DNA of 45,369 bases from a virus. The notes beneath the pieces are model-generated. The model saw only the letters and a list, made by a program, of their open reading frames with translations, was not told where the DNA came from and searched no databases. The stretch lies in the IMG/VR virus record IMGVR_UViG_3300033512_000238, positions 1-45,369 of that record. One strand, given 5' to 3'. Within the stretch, counting starts at the first letter, position 1; each line of letters opens with the position of its first letter. Both the position numbers and the translations under genes were made by a program. Shown piece after piece: positions 8,901 through 14,896 of this stretch.

Positions 8901-9977
8901 TCCGACTTTTTGACAGTGAAGAACAACGCGGAGAAAGCTCTCGCAATTGCAACGGACGCGAAAGAAACGGCGGAGAAAGCCGCGAAGCTAGGGTACGAAG
9001 AAAAGGCGGTAATTCAAGAGCTACAGCAGGTGATAGACAACGCGGAGGCGGTCCTCTCCTCTCCGGAGTATATCGCAATCAAAAAGAAAGCGGGCGGAGA
9101 CACCTCGGCAAAAGCCCGTACTATAGGGGCCATAACGGCAAAGGAAAAAGAGGAGCGCCGGAAAGAACTCGGGAGGGACAACACAAACCCGGCCGCCGCT
9201 TTCGTTTTACAGGAGGGGAAACCGCTCGCGCAAACTGCAGAGGGCTTTCGGATAGTATTCGCGGACGACAAAAAGTACGCGAAAGACCTCGTCGACGCCG
9301 GGGTACAAGGGGCCGACGGTTATCAGTTGAACCGCGGAGACGGGAAAAAAAGGTGGGTCTCTATGGTGAAAAAGAAAATAGAAGGGCCGTGGACAAAGGG
9401 GTCGAACCGCGACTATTTGGAACGCGATGGCGTCCCGTGGGATAAATACGGAACAGAGAAGGACGCGCACGAGGTTTTGAGAGATTACACCGGCGGGTCG
9501 TATGGCAGTAGAAACAACTATTTACGCGGAATATCAAACCCGAACCCGCTCACGGCCGCAAAGCTCGACAGGGAGCATAAAGCCGCGGCGGAGCTAATAA
9601 GGCAACACACGGTAAAGGAGCCGCTCGTCGTTTGGCGCGGAGGAGATACGGCTTTCCTTAATAGTTTACTAAAACAAAGCGGGAAAAAGCTCGAGGACCT
9701 CGTCGGGACGGTTTACACCGAACACGCCTTTATGAGTACAACGACGACACACCGGGTAGCGTTCGAAGGGGGGACACTTTTCCGCCTCAATGTGCCTAAA
9801 GGGGCGAAAGCTATCCCGGCCCGACATATTTCGCAAATAACGGGAGAGGACGAAATAATATTCCCGCCGACGACGCGGTTTTATATTTCGGATATTCAAA
9901 ACATCGACTCGAGCCATGTATTGCACAACGGGCGGCACAATCGAGTAATAACGGTCGAAATTTTACCGGAGGAGTAA
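5991..9977 (+). CDS. polyvalent head protein: MuF/SPP1-gp7 minor-capsid domain + kinase-like module + C-terminal mono-ADP-ribosyltransferase (R-S-ExE) module
   Basis: MuF signature RSRLIARDQIGKLNG ... GEAILCRCTAEPYI. Ala/Lys/Glu coiled-coil linkers. GSNPGGIYEDKAGARYIVK ... DMWLANWDSVGLTMDNIL ... RIDVG (atypical kinase-like). C-terminal VVWRGG / FMSTTT / GEDEIIFPP triad. GTG 5991 overlaps the portal TAG; the alternative start is ATG 6006. Confidence 0.8.
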   Translation: MKAPAMLYPTLIEKQFANDSEQFGDALRAYVLEEFVPELRGIAARVERERTDDANLPGDGHWSSDIQRALRRLKNKADEIAATSEPLADAASFKVEQWTNKEILKLEKLLPADYLAANKTGYNPENIRNSLRKAWSKNYAGLITAVTDETVAKVGRIVYEGFAVGESYKSIEKKIISGGPIEALKNPPFNTARKRSRLIARDQIGKLNGKLIEKRQTQLGIDSYIWRTSLDERVRGNPSGRYPNAVPSHYGREGKVYKWDTPPEGGHPGEAILCRCTAEPYIEGVTGEQGAAGVTGKTIGPAQSLGAKIENLRTAAAAALNLASNTAGEAIRALSTAETAAKELEDLVDGIVGIEDELDELAKKAATVKLNEKLKQAEAAKAAAAGLSGKAQKAKAAAEKVNSAKAAGPAAKAQAAAALSHVENIEKTLEALDNVLAKAVAAKAAAEDKLAKALAIKKAKAAALEEAEDLVDGLEGVDAAIVKSKFTKGEFDADGEAFAKNIKAEAAAVLSKLKKGGAAFQKAESMIKDADYYLAAKLKSEAAKLAALSTANTTADAALASKYGVNAAGIKAVDASEWTYKSPKQGSNPGGIYEDKAGARYIVKVMDEEHAINELLASKLYKAAGVHTSDMMLVEGVNYNGKPTRALAGRWIDGLESGVSELKSAKTGPGGFIDGAGVDMWLANWDSVGLTMDNILKDTAGNLVRIDVGAAMKFRAQGQKKPFEAGKVPELETYLNGVNDQITPILSKYSADDITRSLEKVANFTDETIDDILDTVWKGSTLPDKTREEYREALKGRRDVIRAEWEKRDGPKLSGAALPGAIKGKAPKPFDPFDDYKPGDAVPFLSPEKSDHFLAKYKSNGKTTMKNALEANGLESDKNLVTYPDDVIEDVKEWMTKADKAIEGGGPFPKPLDLNAISKKIKAAEDAKIAAAKLANKATAEGLNKMAADSYVKADELLEKAIDELYTVEKSDFLTVKNNAEKALAIATDAKETAEKAAKLGYEEKAVIQELQQVIDNAEAVLSSPEYIAIKKKAGGDTSAKARTIGAITAKEKEERRKELGRDNTNPAAAFVLQEGKPLAQTAEGFRIVFADDKKYAKDLVDAGVQGADGYQLNRGDGKKRWVSMVKKKIEGPWTKGSNRDYLERDGVPWDKYGTEKDAHEVLRDYTGGSYGSRNNYLRGISNPNPLTAAKLDREHKAAAELIRQHTVKEPLVVWRGGDTAFLNSLLKQSGKKLEDLVGTVYTEHAFMSTTTTHRVAFEGGTLFRLNVPKGAKAIPARHISQITGEDEIIFPPTTRFYISDIQNIDSSHVLHNGRHNRVITVEILPEE

Positions 9978-9982
9978 GGGAT

Positions 9983-10261
9983 ATGGAAAGGGAAAACACG
10001 GGGGAGATACTCGACGAGTCGGGCCTCTCGCAATGTTTATTTTGTACACGATGGACCGGGCGGGGAACGTGCGAAGCCTATCCGGGGGAACCGTTCAAAG
10101 TGCCGGTGGTTATTCTCGCGAATAAACACGATCACCGGGACGCCTATCCGGGGGACGGCGGTCTCCTATTTTCTCCGGCGAATAGAGAAAGCGCGATAAA
10201 ACAGGACAAAGCCGTCGAACGGGCTCGAGTCGGGTCGATTACTTTTAGAGGGGGGAAATAG
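9983..10261 (+). CDS. hypothetical small Cys/His-containing protein (92 aa)
   Basis: ORF track, with GAGGAG about 10 nt upstream. Contains CLFC ... C ... HDH, a possible metal site. No family recognised. Confidence 0.5.
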   Translation: MERENTGEILDESGLSQCLFCTRWTGRGTCEAYPGEPFKVPVVILANKHDHRDAYPGDGGLLFSPANRESAIKQDKAVERARVGSITFRGGK

Positions 10262-10443
10262 TGGCGAACGAGGAAAAACAAGAGGACGGGTTCACGGTAA
10301 GGACTCTCGGGGAGGCGGTCGGCCGGGCGGTCGGACAATACGCGGCGGAACGATTGACGGGGCGAATAGTGGTGACAATAGACCTGCGGGACGGCGGAAT
10401 CGGCCGGGCCGGGATTGAGGTATCGAGCAAGCTCCGGCCATAA
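10261..10443 (+). CDS. hypothetical protein (60 aa)
   Basis: GTG 10261 overlaps the upstream TAG (TAGTG). Last ORF before the P1 intergenic region. Confidence 0.4.
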   Translation: MANEEKQEDGFTVRTLGEAVGRAVGQYAAERLTGRIVVTIDLRDGGIGRAGIEVSSKLRP

Positions 10444-10500
10444 AAACGGGAGGTTTTAGGCGAAACAATACATAAAAATTAGGAGCGGGAAAAATATTTC

Positions 10501-10544
10501 TCGCTTTTTTATTGTTTTAGTGTTATATTTTAGAATGTAACAAC
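10501..10544 (+). promoter_or_regulatory. promoter P1 with near-palindromic box (extended -10 TGTTATATT; weak -35)
   Basis: TATATT at 10524-10529 preceded by TGT. Box TGTTATATTT-TA-GAATGTAACA at 10521-10542. Same box as at four other loci. Confidence 0.6.
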
Positions 10545-10552
10545 GAAGGACA

Positions 10553-10581
10553 GCCCGAAGGGCAAAACAAAGGTGGACCAA
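10553..10581 (+). promoter_or_regulatory. leader hairpin + Shine-Dalgarno unit, copy 1
   Basis: GCCC-GAA-GGGC followed by AAAACAAAGGTGGACCAA then ATG 10582. Confidence 0.55.
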
Positions 10582-11472
10582 ATGGAACAAATCAAAGCAG
10601 TAGCGACAGTCAAAACAACAAAAGCAGGGGAAACGGTTTATCATTACGCGGTAGCACTCCCGGCAATGACAGCGGACGACGGCGAAGAAATGGCCGCTGT
10701 CGAATCAACTCGCAAAACTGACAACAAGTACAGCCACGTTGTATTGTGGAATAGTAAAAGAGGCGTCCCGGTCGTTTGTGGATATACGAACGACGCGGCC
10801 GGATATATTGCCCGGACTCTCTCAGAGGACAACCGCCTCCGGAAAATGTACAAAAAGGAGCCATTAACAGCGGCGGACCATTGTCTCCGGGCGGTCGCGA
10901 TTGAGTTCGTAGAAGCTCCGGTAAAAGCTCCGAAAACAGCAAAAGCAAAAGCGGAAGCGGCTCCGGTTATCGAAGCGGCTCCGGCTATCGAAGAAACCCC
11001 GGCCCCGGTAGCTCTCGAAGCGGCTCCGGTCGCTCCGGTTGTCCCGACAGCGGCGGAGGCGAATCTCGACGGTTTTGTCGTCGAGATCGACAGAACCACC
11101 GGCGTTTGTTTTATCTCCGGGGGGAAGTACAACGCGGAGAAAGCGCTCACTATTATTCACCGAAACGATTGGTGGCTCCGAAACATCGGGGAGGACGTCC
11201 TCGACCTTATCGCGACGGTGAACAATAGCGATATACACGGCCGCGAGTTCAAAGAGGCGGCCTATCAACTCCTTAAAATTTGCCAACCGGAAGAACAGGC
11301 GGCCGCCGCAATCGCGACAACGGACGAGGAGGAAAGCGTCCTGCGTCAACTCTCATACGTTCACGGATTCACGTCGACACCGGAGGAGACTCCGGAGCCA
11401 AACGTCGAGAAACTTATCCGGGCCGCATTTTTGAACGGGAGACAGCGCGGGAGAACCGCCGGGAAAGAATAA
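10582..11472 (+). CDS. hypothetical two-domain early protein with Ala/Pro-rich linker (296 aa)
   Basis: First ORF after P1. The ATG sits at the spacing seen in the other leader units. The middle is APVKAPKTAKAKAEAAPVIEAAPAIEETPAPVALEAAPVAPVVP. No family recognised. Confidence 0.65.
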   Translation: MEQIKAVATVKTTKAGETVYHYAVALPAMTADDGEEMAAVESTRKTDNKYSHVVLWNSKRGVPVVCGYTNDAAGYIARTLSEDNRLRKMYKKEPLTAADHCLRAVAIEFVEAPVKAPKTAKAKAEAAPVIEAAPAIEETPAPVALEAAPVAPVVPTAAEANLDGFVVEIDRTTGVCFISGGKYNAEKALTIIHRNDWWLRNIGEDVLDLIATVNNSDIHGREFKEAAYQLLKICQPEEQAAAAIATTDEEESVLRQLSYVHGFTSTPEETPEPNVEKLIRAAFLNGRQRGRTAGKE

Positions 11473-11481
11473 CAGCAACGG

Positions 11482-11504
11482 CCCCGGGGGGAACTCTCCC
11501 GGGG
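11482..11504 (+). other. GC-rich intercistronic stem-loop (no U-tract)
   Basis: CCCCGGG (11482-11488) pairs with CCCGGGG (11498-11504), directly after stop 11470-11472. Confidence 0.4.
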
Positions 11505-11514
11505 AGACTTGAAA

Positions 11515-11544
11515 GCCCGAAGGGCAAAACGAAAGGGGCCAAAA
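11515..11544 (+). promoter_or_regulatory. leader hairpin + Shine-Dalgarno unit, copy 2
   Basis: GCCC-GAA-GGGC followed by AAAACGAAAGGGGCCAAAA then ATG 11545. Confidence 0.55.
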
Positions 11545-11805
11545 ATGGCAAAGATATTTTTCACAAACGGGGCGGAGATCGAGGTCGACCTCGCGCCGAA
11601 ATTTAAGGCCGGGGAGATTCTCCCGATATTACAGGGGCTTTTGGGCGGCTATATCCAAATAGCAACGGCGGTCGATACGGACGCCGGGACCGTCCTCGTA
11701 ATTGTGAACGAGGACGGGCTCGCGCTCGGGCTCGATCAAAACGCGCGGTTCCCTCAGTACGTCGGAACAGTGGTAACGGTTATCGACGGCGTCGAGATAG
11801 ACTAA
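11545..11805 (+). CDS. DUF3846-like protein (86 aa)
   Basis: ILQGLLGGYIQIA ... LVIVNEDGLALGLDQNARF matches my recollection of the DUF3846 pattern (l..lq..vGGyie.v ... NEeG.l.gLp.N). Confidence 0.55.
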   Translation: MAKIFFTNGAEIEVDLAPKFKAGEILPILQGLLGGYIQIATAVDTDAGTVLVIVNEDGLALGLDQNARFPQYVGTVVTVIDGVEID

Positions 11806-11812
11806 CAAGACA

Positions 11813-11833
11813 GGCCCGGGGAGGTCCCGGGCC
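11813..11833 (+). other. GGCCCGGG/CCCGGGCC intercistronic stem-loop (no U-tract)
   Basis: GGCCCGGG 11813-11820, loop GAGGT, CCCGGGCC 11826-11833, followed by AAAACG rather than a T-run. Confidence 0.45.
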
Positions 11834-11859
11834 AAAACGTAGAACGAGGAGAAAAAAAA

Positions 11860-12252
11860 ATGGACAAAATGCCGAAAGAACTCGAAAGAATTATTCACGC
11901 GAAAATCGAGCGCGAACTCCGCAAAAATGACACAAGAGCGGGACAACTAACGGACGCGGAAAAGGCCGCATGGCTCGAGGTTCAAGAGCTCGCGGACGCC
12001 TCCCGACAAATCCGGGAGAAGCTCAAGACGAAACAACGCCTATTTTGGGCCATTCTCGAGAGTCGTCTCGAGATATACGACAAAAATCTCCATTTGGACG
12101 AGAAAACGGGGGAGGTTTTCGTCTCCGGGAAACGAACCCGCGAAGAGGTCGAGACAGCGGTCCGGGAGGCTCTCAAAGGGACGCCGCTCGAGGGAGCCGC
12201 AGAGAATTTCAGTTTTGACGTTTTCGGGGACGACGAGGAGGCCCGCGAGTGA
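11860..12252 (+). CDS. hypothetical protein (130 aa)
   Basis: ORF track. GAGGAG plus an A-run upstream of the ATG. Helical and charged. No family recognised. Confidence 0.6.
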   Translation: MDKMPKELERIIHAKIERELRKNDTRAGQLTDAEKAAWLEVQELADASRQIREKLKTKQRLFWAILESRLEIYDKNLHLDEKTGEVFVSGKRTREEVETAVREALKGTPLEGAAENFSFDVFGDDEEARE

Positions 12253-12527
12253 TTAAATATGAAGTTTTTCAAGACGGGTCGGAGTGGATAGCCCGGTCCC
12301 AAAATGGCAAAGAGGCCAAAGGGAACACAGCGGCGGAGGCTCTCGAGAATCTCGTCCGGGAGGAGATAATCGAGTACAACCTCGCGACGGGGAGAACGTG
12401 CGATAAATGCGAAAACTCGACACAGGACGCCGGGGGGAATTTCTCTTGCACTCTCGACGAACTATTCGACGACGAGGGGGAGCAAGTAGCCCCGGGCCAT
12501 ACTTGCGAGGGGTATCTCGGGTGGTAA
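12249..12527 (+). CDS. hypothetical Cys-containing protein (92 aa)
   Basis: GTG 12249 overlaps the upstream TGA (GTGA). Contains CDKC ... C ... C, a possible zinc ribbon. Confidence 0.5.
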   Translation: MIKYEVFQDGSEWIARSQNGKEAKGNTAAEALENLVREEIIEYNLATGRTCDKCENSTQDAGGNFSCTLDELFDDEGEQVAPGHTCEGYLGW

Positions 12528-13131
12528 AAGAGACAGCAATACAAAAACCGGAGGGCTTTCGGGAAATATGGCGGCGCTCTCCGCTTTTGCGGCAGGATTA
12601 TTGGGTCTCAAATTTGGGTCGCCTCCGGAGGACGACAGGGGCGGGGGCGGCCCCAAAGGGTGGCGGGCCGATTCTCACGGGGAAAAAGGGGCGGGAAAGT
12701 CGATTTTGTACAAAGTAATGAACCCCGAAGGGAAGAAAAAACAATTTACGGCCGGGCGCCTCGTCGCGTCGGCCTTTTTGGGGTACACGGGGCCGGGAAA
12801 CCGGGTCGTATATCTTGACGGGGACGCGGAGAACCTCCGGCCGGAAAATCTCAAGATAGCCGCCTCCGCGAGCGAAGCTATCCGGGAGCAACGGGCACGA
12901 CTACCCCGGGCCATTGCCTCGAGTTTCACCGGGGAGCCGTATATCCGGACAGAGAACACTCCGGCGGGGGAACGGTTCTCGGTTTATTTGGGCATGAGGT
13001 ACGAACGGTTCAAGAAGTACGGGGGACAATGGGAGACCCTCGAAAAGGCGGTTATCGAGCGGGACCGGCTCGTCGATAGATACGAAGCGGCGATAATGAT
13101 CGCGGAGAAAAATATCATAACGATAAAATAA
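12521..13131 (+). CDS. NUMOD4 / HNH_3-like / AP2-like homing-endonuclease homologue. It needs a -1 shift near 12682-12688, and the catalytic His positions are substituted (possible pseudogene).
   Basis: Frame 2 from GTG 12521 (GAGGGG upstream) gives EIWRRSP ... YWVSNLGRLRR (NUMOD4) and stops at 12716-12718. Frame 1 (ORF track 12568..13131) continues with GKSILYKVMNPEGKKKQFTAGRLVASAFLG ... VVYLDGDAENLRPENL (HNH_3-like, His replaced) and GERFSVYLGMRYERFKKYGGQWETLEKAV (AP2-like). The junction run is GGGGAAAAAGGGG. Confidence 0.6.
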
Positions 13132-13133
13132 AT

Positions 13134-13176
13134 TTGACATTTCGCGCTCTCAGTGTTATATTTCAAAATGTAACAA
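13134..13176 (+). promoter_or_regulatory. promoter P2 (TTGACA-17-TATATT) with near-palindromic box
   Basis: TTGACA 13134-13139, 17-nt spacer ending TGT, TATATT 13157-13162. Box TGTTATATTT-CA-AAATGTAACA at 13154-13175. Confidence 0.75.
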
Positions 13177-13186
13177 GTAACGGACA

Positions 13187-13215
13187 CCCCGCCGGGGAAA
13201 ACAAAGGACTAAAAA
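13187..13215 (+). promoter_or_regulatory. leader hairpin + Shine-Dalgarno unit, copy 3
   Basis: CCCC-GCC-GGGG followed by AAAACAAAGGACTAAAAA then ATG 13216. Confidence 0.5.
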
Positions 13216-13470
13216 ATGATTCAAGAACTCAAAGCGGCGAACCTCACAACAGCTCAAAAGATCAACCTCGGAAAATCTCGCGCTCGTCAAGTATGGGGGG
13301 AGGCGATTCTCGCGGAACCGCGCTTCGCTTTCGAGCTCTCTCTCGCGGTTAAATTCGATAACGTACTCGACTTTTTGAAAAATAGCCGCGTCGGGCAACC
13401 GGCGGACGAGCGTTTCGCCTCACGTCGTCAGCGCATCTATTTTTGGACTCTCGCGAATACTATCAACTAA
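13216..13470 (+). CDS. hypothetical protein (84 aa)
   Basis: Single ORF between P2 and the terminator at 13481. No family recognised. Confidence 0.55.
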   Translation: MIQELKAANLTTAQKINLGKSRARQVWGEAILAEPRFAFELSLAVKFDNVLDFLKNSRVGQPADERFASRRQRIYFWTLANTIN

Positions 13471-13480
13471 AAAACAAACA

Positions 13481-13513
13481 GGCCCGGAGGCGAAAGTCTC
13501 CCGGGCCTTTTCT
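13481..13513 (+). terminator. intrinsic terminator (bulged GGCCCGG stem + T-rich tail)
   Basis: GGCCCGGAGG 13481-13490 pairs with CTCCCGGGCC 13498-13507 (one bulge), followed by TTTTCT. Confidence 0.55.
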
Positions 13514-13520
13514 ATTGACA

Positions 13521-13550
13521 CCCCGAAGGGGGAAACGAAAGGCGGCCAAA
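13521..13550 (+). promoter_or_regulatory. leader hairpin + Shine-Dalgarno unit, copy 4
   Basis: CCCC-GAA-GGGG followed by GAAACGAAAGGCGGCCAAA then ATG 13551. Confidence 0.5.
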
Positions 13551-14210
13551 ATGGCACGAGAAAAAGAGTTCGACCTCGACGCGGCTATCGCGGAGACGGT
13601 TCGGAAATTTACGGCGGGGGATTGTTTTCTCCTCGCGTCAAAAGTGAAAGCCTCGAAAGGTCTCGTTTGTAAGCGATTCTTTACGGGAGAGGACGCGGCG
13701 GAGGGCCTCCGGGCGTCTCGCGTTGGTCTATCGGTCGGCCGCGTGGAGTGGTCCGGCGTTTGGATTGTACCGGCGGACAAACGCGACGGCGTCGCAGATC
13801 AATTCGAACACAAAAACGAGATACCGGTCGAGGGCCTCGTCGCTTTTGCCTCTCGAGCAATCGGGGCCGATAGCGTGGACCATTACCGGGCATTTAATCG
13901 CCTTTTCCCTTTCGACGCTCGAGACCTCGCGACCGGGCCTCTTATCGCGACGAAAAAGGGAAAGGAGTCTTGGGAGTTTCTCCGGGTCGGCCATAACAAA
14001 ACAACGGAAGCGCTCGAGACCATGAAAGCTATACACCGGGGGGAGAGTTTCGGGGAGATTATCGTCGCGGCGGGTCCGGACGGCGAACGGGTCCGGGGAA
14101 TGATCGCGGACGGGCAAATCGAGCGGGCTCGAGATGTTTCGATTTATTGGGGGACAACTCCGGACCCTCGAGGGAAAGCTCTCGCAATGTATCAAGGCGG
14201 CGAACAATGA
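13551..14210 (+). CDS. hypothetical protein (219 aa)
   Basis: ORF track 13443..14210. I prefer ATG 13551, which has the conserved leader unit. No family recognised. Confidence 0.6.
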   Translation: MAREKEFDLDAAIAETVRKFTAGDCFLLASKVKASKGLVCKRFFTGEDAAEGLRASRVGLSVGRVEWSGVWIVPADKRDGVADQFEHKNEIPVEGLVAFASRAIGADSVDHYRAFNRLFPFDARDLATGPLIATKKGKESWEFLRVGHNKTTEALETMKAIHRGESFGEIIVAAGPDGERVRGMIADGQIERARDVSIYWGTTPDPRGKALAMYQGGEQ

Positions 14211-14464
14211 TCCGCGGGGAGCTCCTTATATTGGGAGAAAAGTCGAACGAGTTTTCGGACCGGACCGCCGGGGCGTTGTGGATTACAGAAAAGGCCGCGC
14301 TCGAAAATGGGTGGGACGTGATTAGGGCCGATTATGGCGAAGATTGGGCCGGGCTTTACGGCCCCGGGATTGAATACTCCCCGGTTTTAATGGTTTTAAA
14401 AATAGAAGGGACTCCGGTCGGAATCTCGATAGCGTGTAGGGGCTCGAATAATGGGAAAAAGTAG
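14207..14464 (+). CDS. hypothetical protein (85 aa)
   Basis: ATG 14207 overlaps the upstream TGA (ATGA). Confidence 0.5.
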   Translation: MIRGELLILGEKSNEFSDRTAGALWITEKAALENGWDVIRADYGEDWAGLYGPGIEYSPVLMVLKIEGTPVGISIACRGSNNGKK

Positions 14465-14702
14465 TATTTTGTATTTTGTGAACGACGGGCCGGACGAGTC
14501 TCATGTTTTTTGGGAGTCGTCGCAATTCGGGACCCTAAAAGAGGCCCGGGAGTATATCCAAACGCTCGCGGCGGGGCGTTGGTATCGCCTCGAGAGGCAC
14601 GATTACAGCAATGTAAAACCGTTCGCCGTTTCAACCCCGGAGAACGTCCGGACAATTGAAGGGCCAAAAGAGAAAAAAAACGACGAGGAGGTCGGGAAAT
14701 GA
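14451..14702 (+). CDS. hypothetical protein (83 aa) ending in the KKNDEEVGK junction cassette
   Basis: ORF track. Its last 9 codons are part of the repeated AAAAAACGACGAGGAGGTCGG(G)AAATGA cassette. Confidence 0.5.
   Translation: MGKSSILYFVNDGPDESHVFWESSQFGTLKEAREYIQTLAAGRWYRLERHDYSNVKPFAVSTPENVRTIEGPKEKKNDEEVGK
14673..14702 (+). promoter_or_regulatory. junction/RBS cassette, copy 1
   Basis: aaaaaaaacgacgaggaggtcgggaaatga. A strong GAGGAGG SD, with ATG 14699 overlapping TGA 14700-14702. Confidence 0.6.
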
Positions 14703-14896
14703 ATCGAGAAAACAAAACAATCGTAACAATTGCCGGGAAAGAATACAACGCGACCGGCTTTCAAATCAACGCGCCTCACTTTATGGCCGGGCCGCAATGG
14801 CTCAAGACTCCGGGACGGATCGCGGTCGCGGTCGTTCACTCAAAGAGAACAGAAAACGCGCTTTATTTTGGAACGGGGGCCGCAAATGGTCGGTAA
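14699..14896 (+). CDS. hypothetical protein (65 aa)
   Basis: ATGA overlap with the upstream ORF and a strong SD. No family recognised. Confidence 0.5.
   Translation: MNRENKTIVTIAGKEYNATGFQINAPHFMAGPQWLKTPGRIAVAVVHSKRTENALYFGTGAANGR

Noticed and set aside
10520-10544. Reading the conserved promoter box as a Bacteroidetes-type -7 element (TAnnTTTG).
   Set aside because: Only the P3 copy reads TATATTTG. The others read TATATTTT or TATATTTC. All have good sigma70-style spacing to TTGACA-like hexamers and an extended -10 TGT.
13516-13521. TTGACA at 13516-13521 as the -35 of another promoter for gene 13551.
   Set aside because: No -10-like hexamer lies 16-19 nt downstream (the sequence there is CCCCGAAGGGGGAAACG). 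This gene is more likely served by read-through of the bulged terminator at 13481, or by processing.
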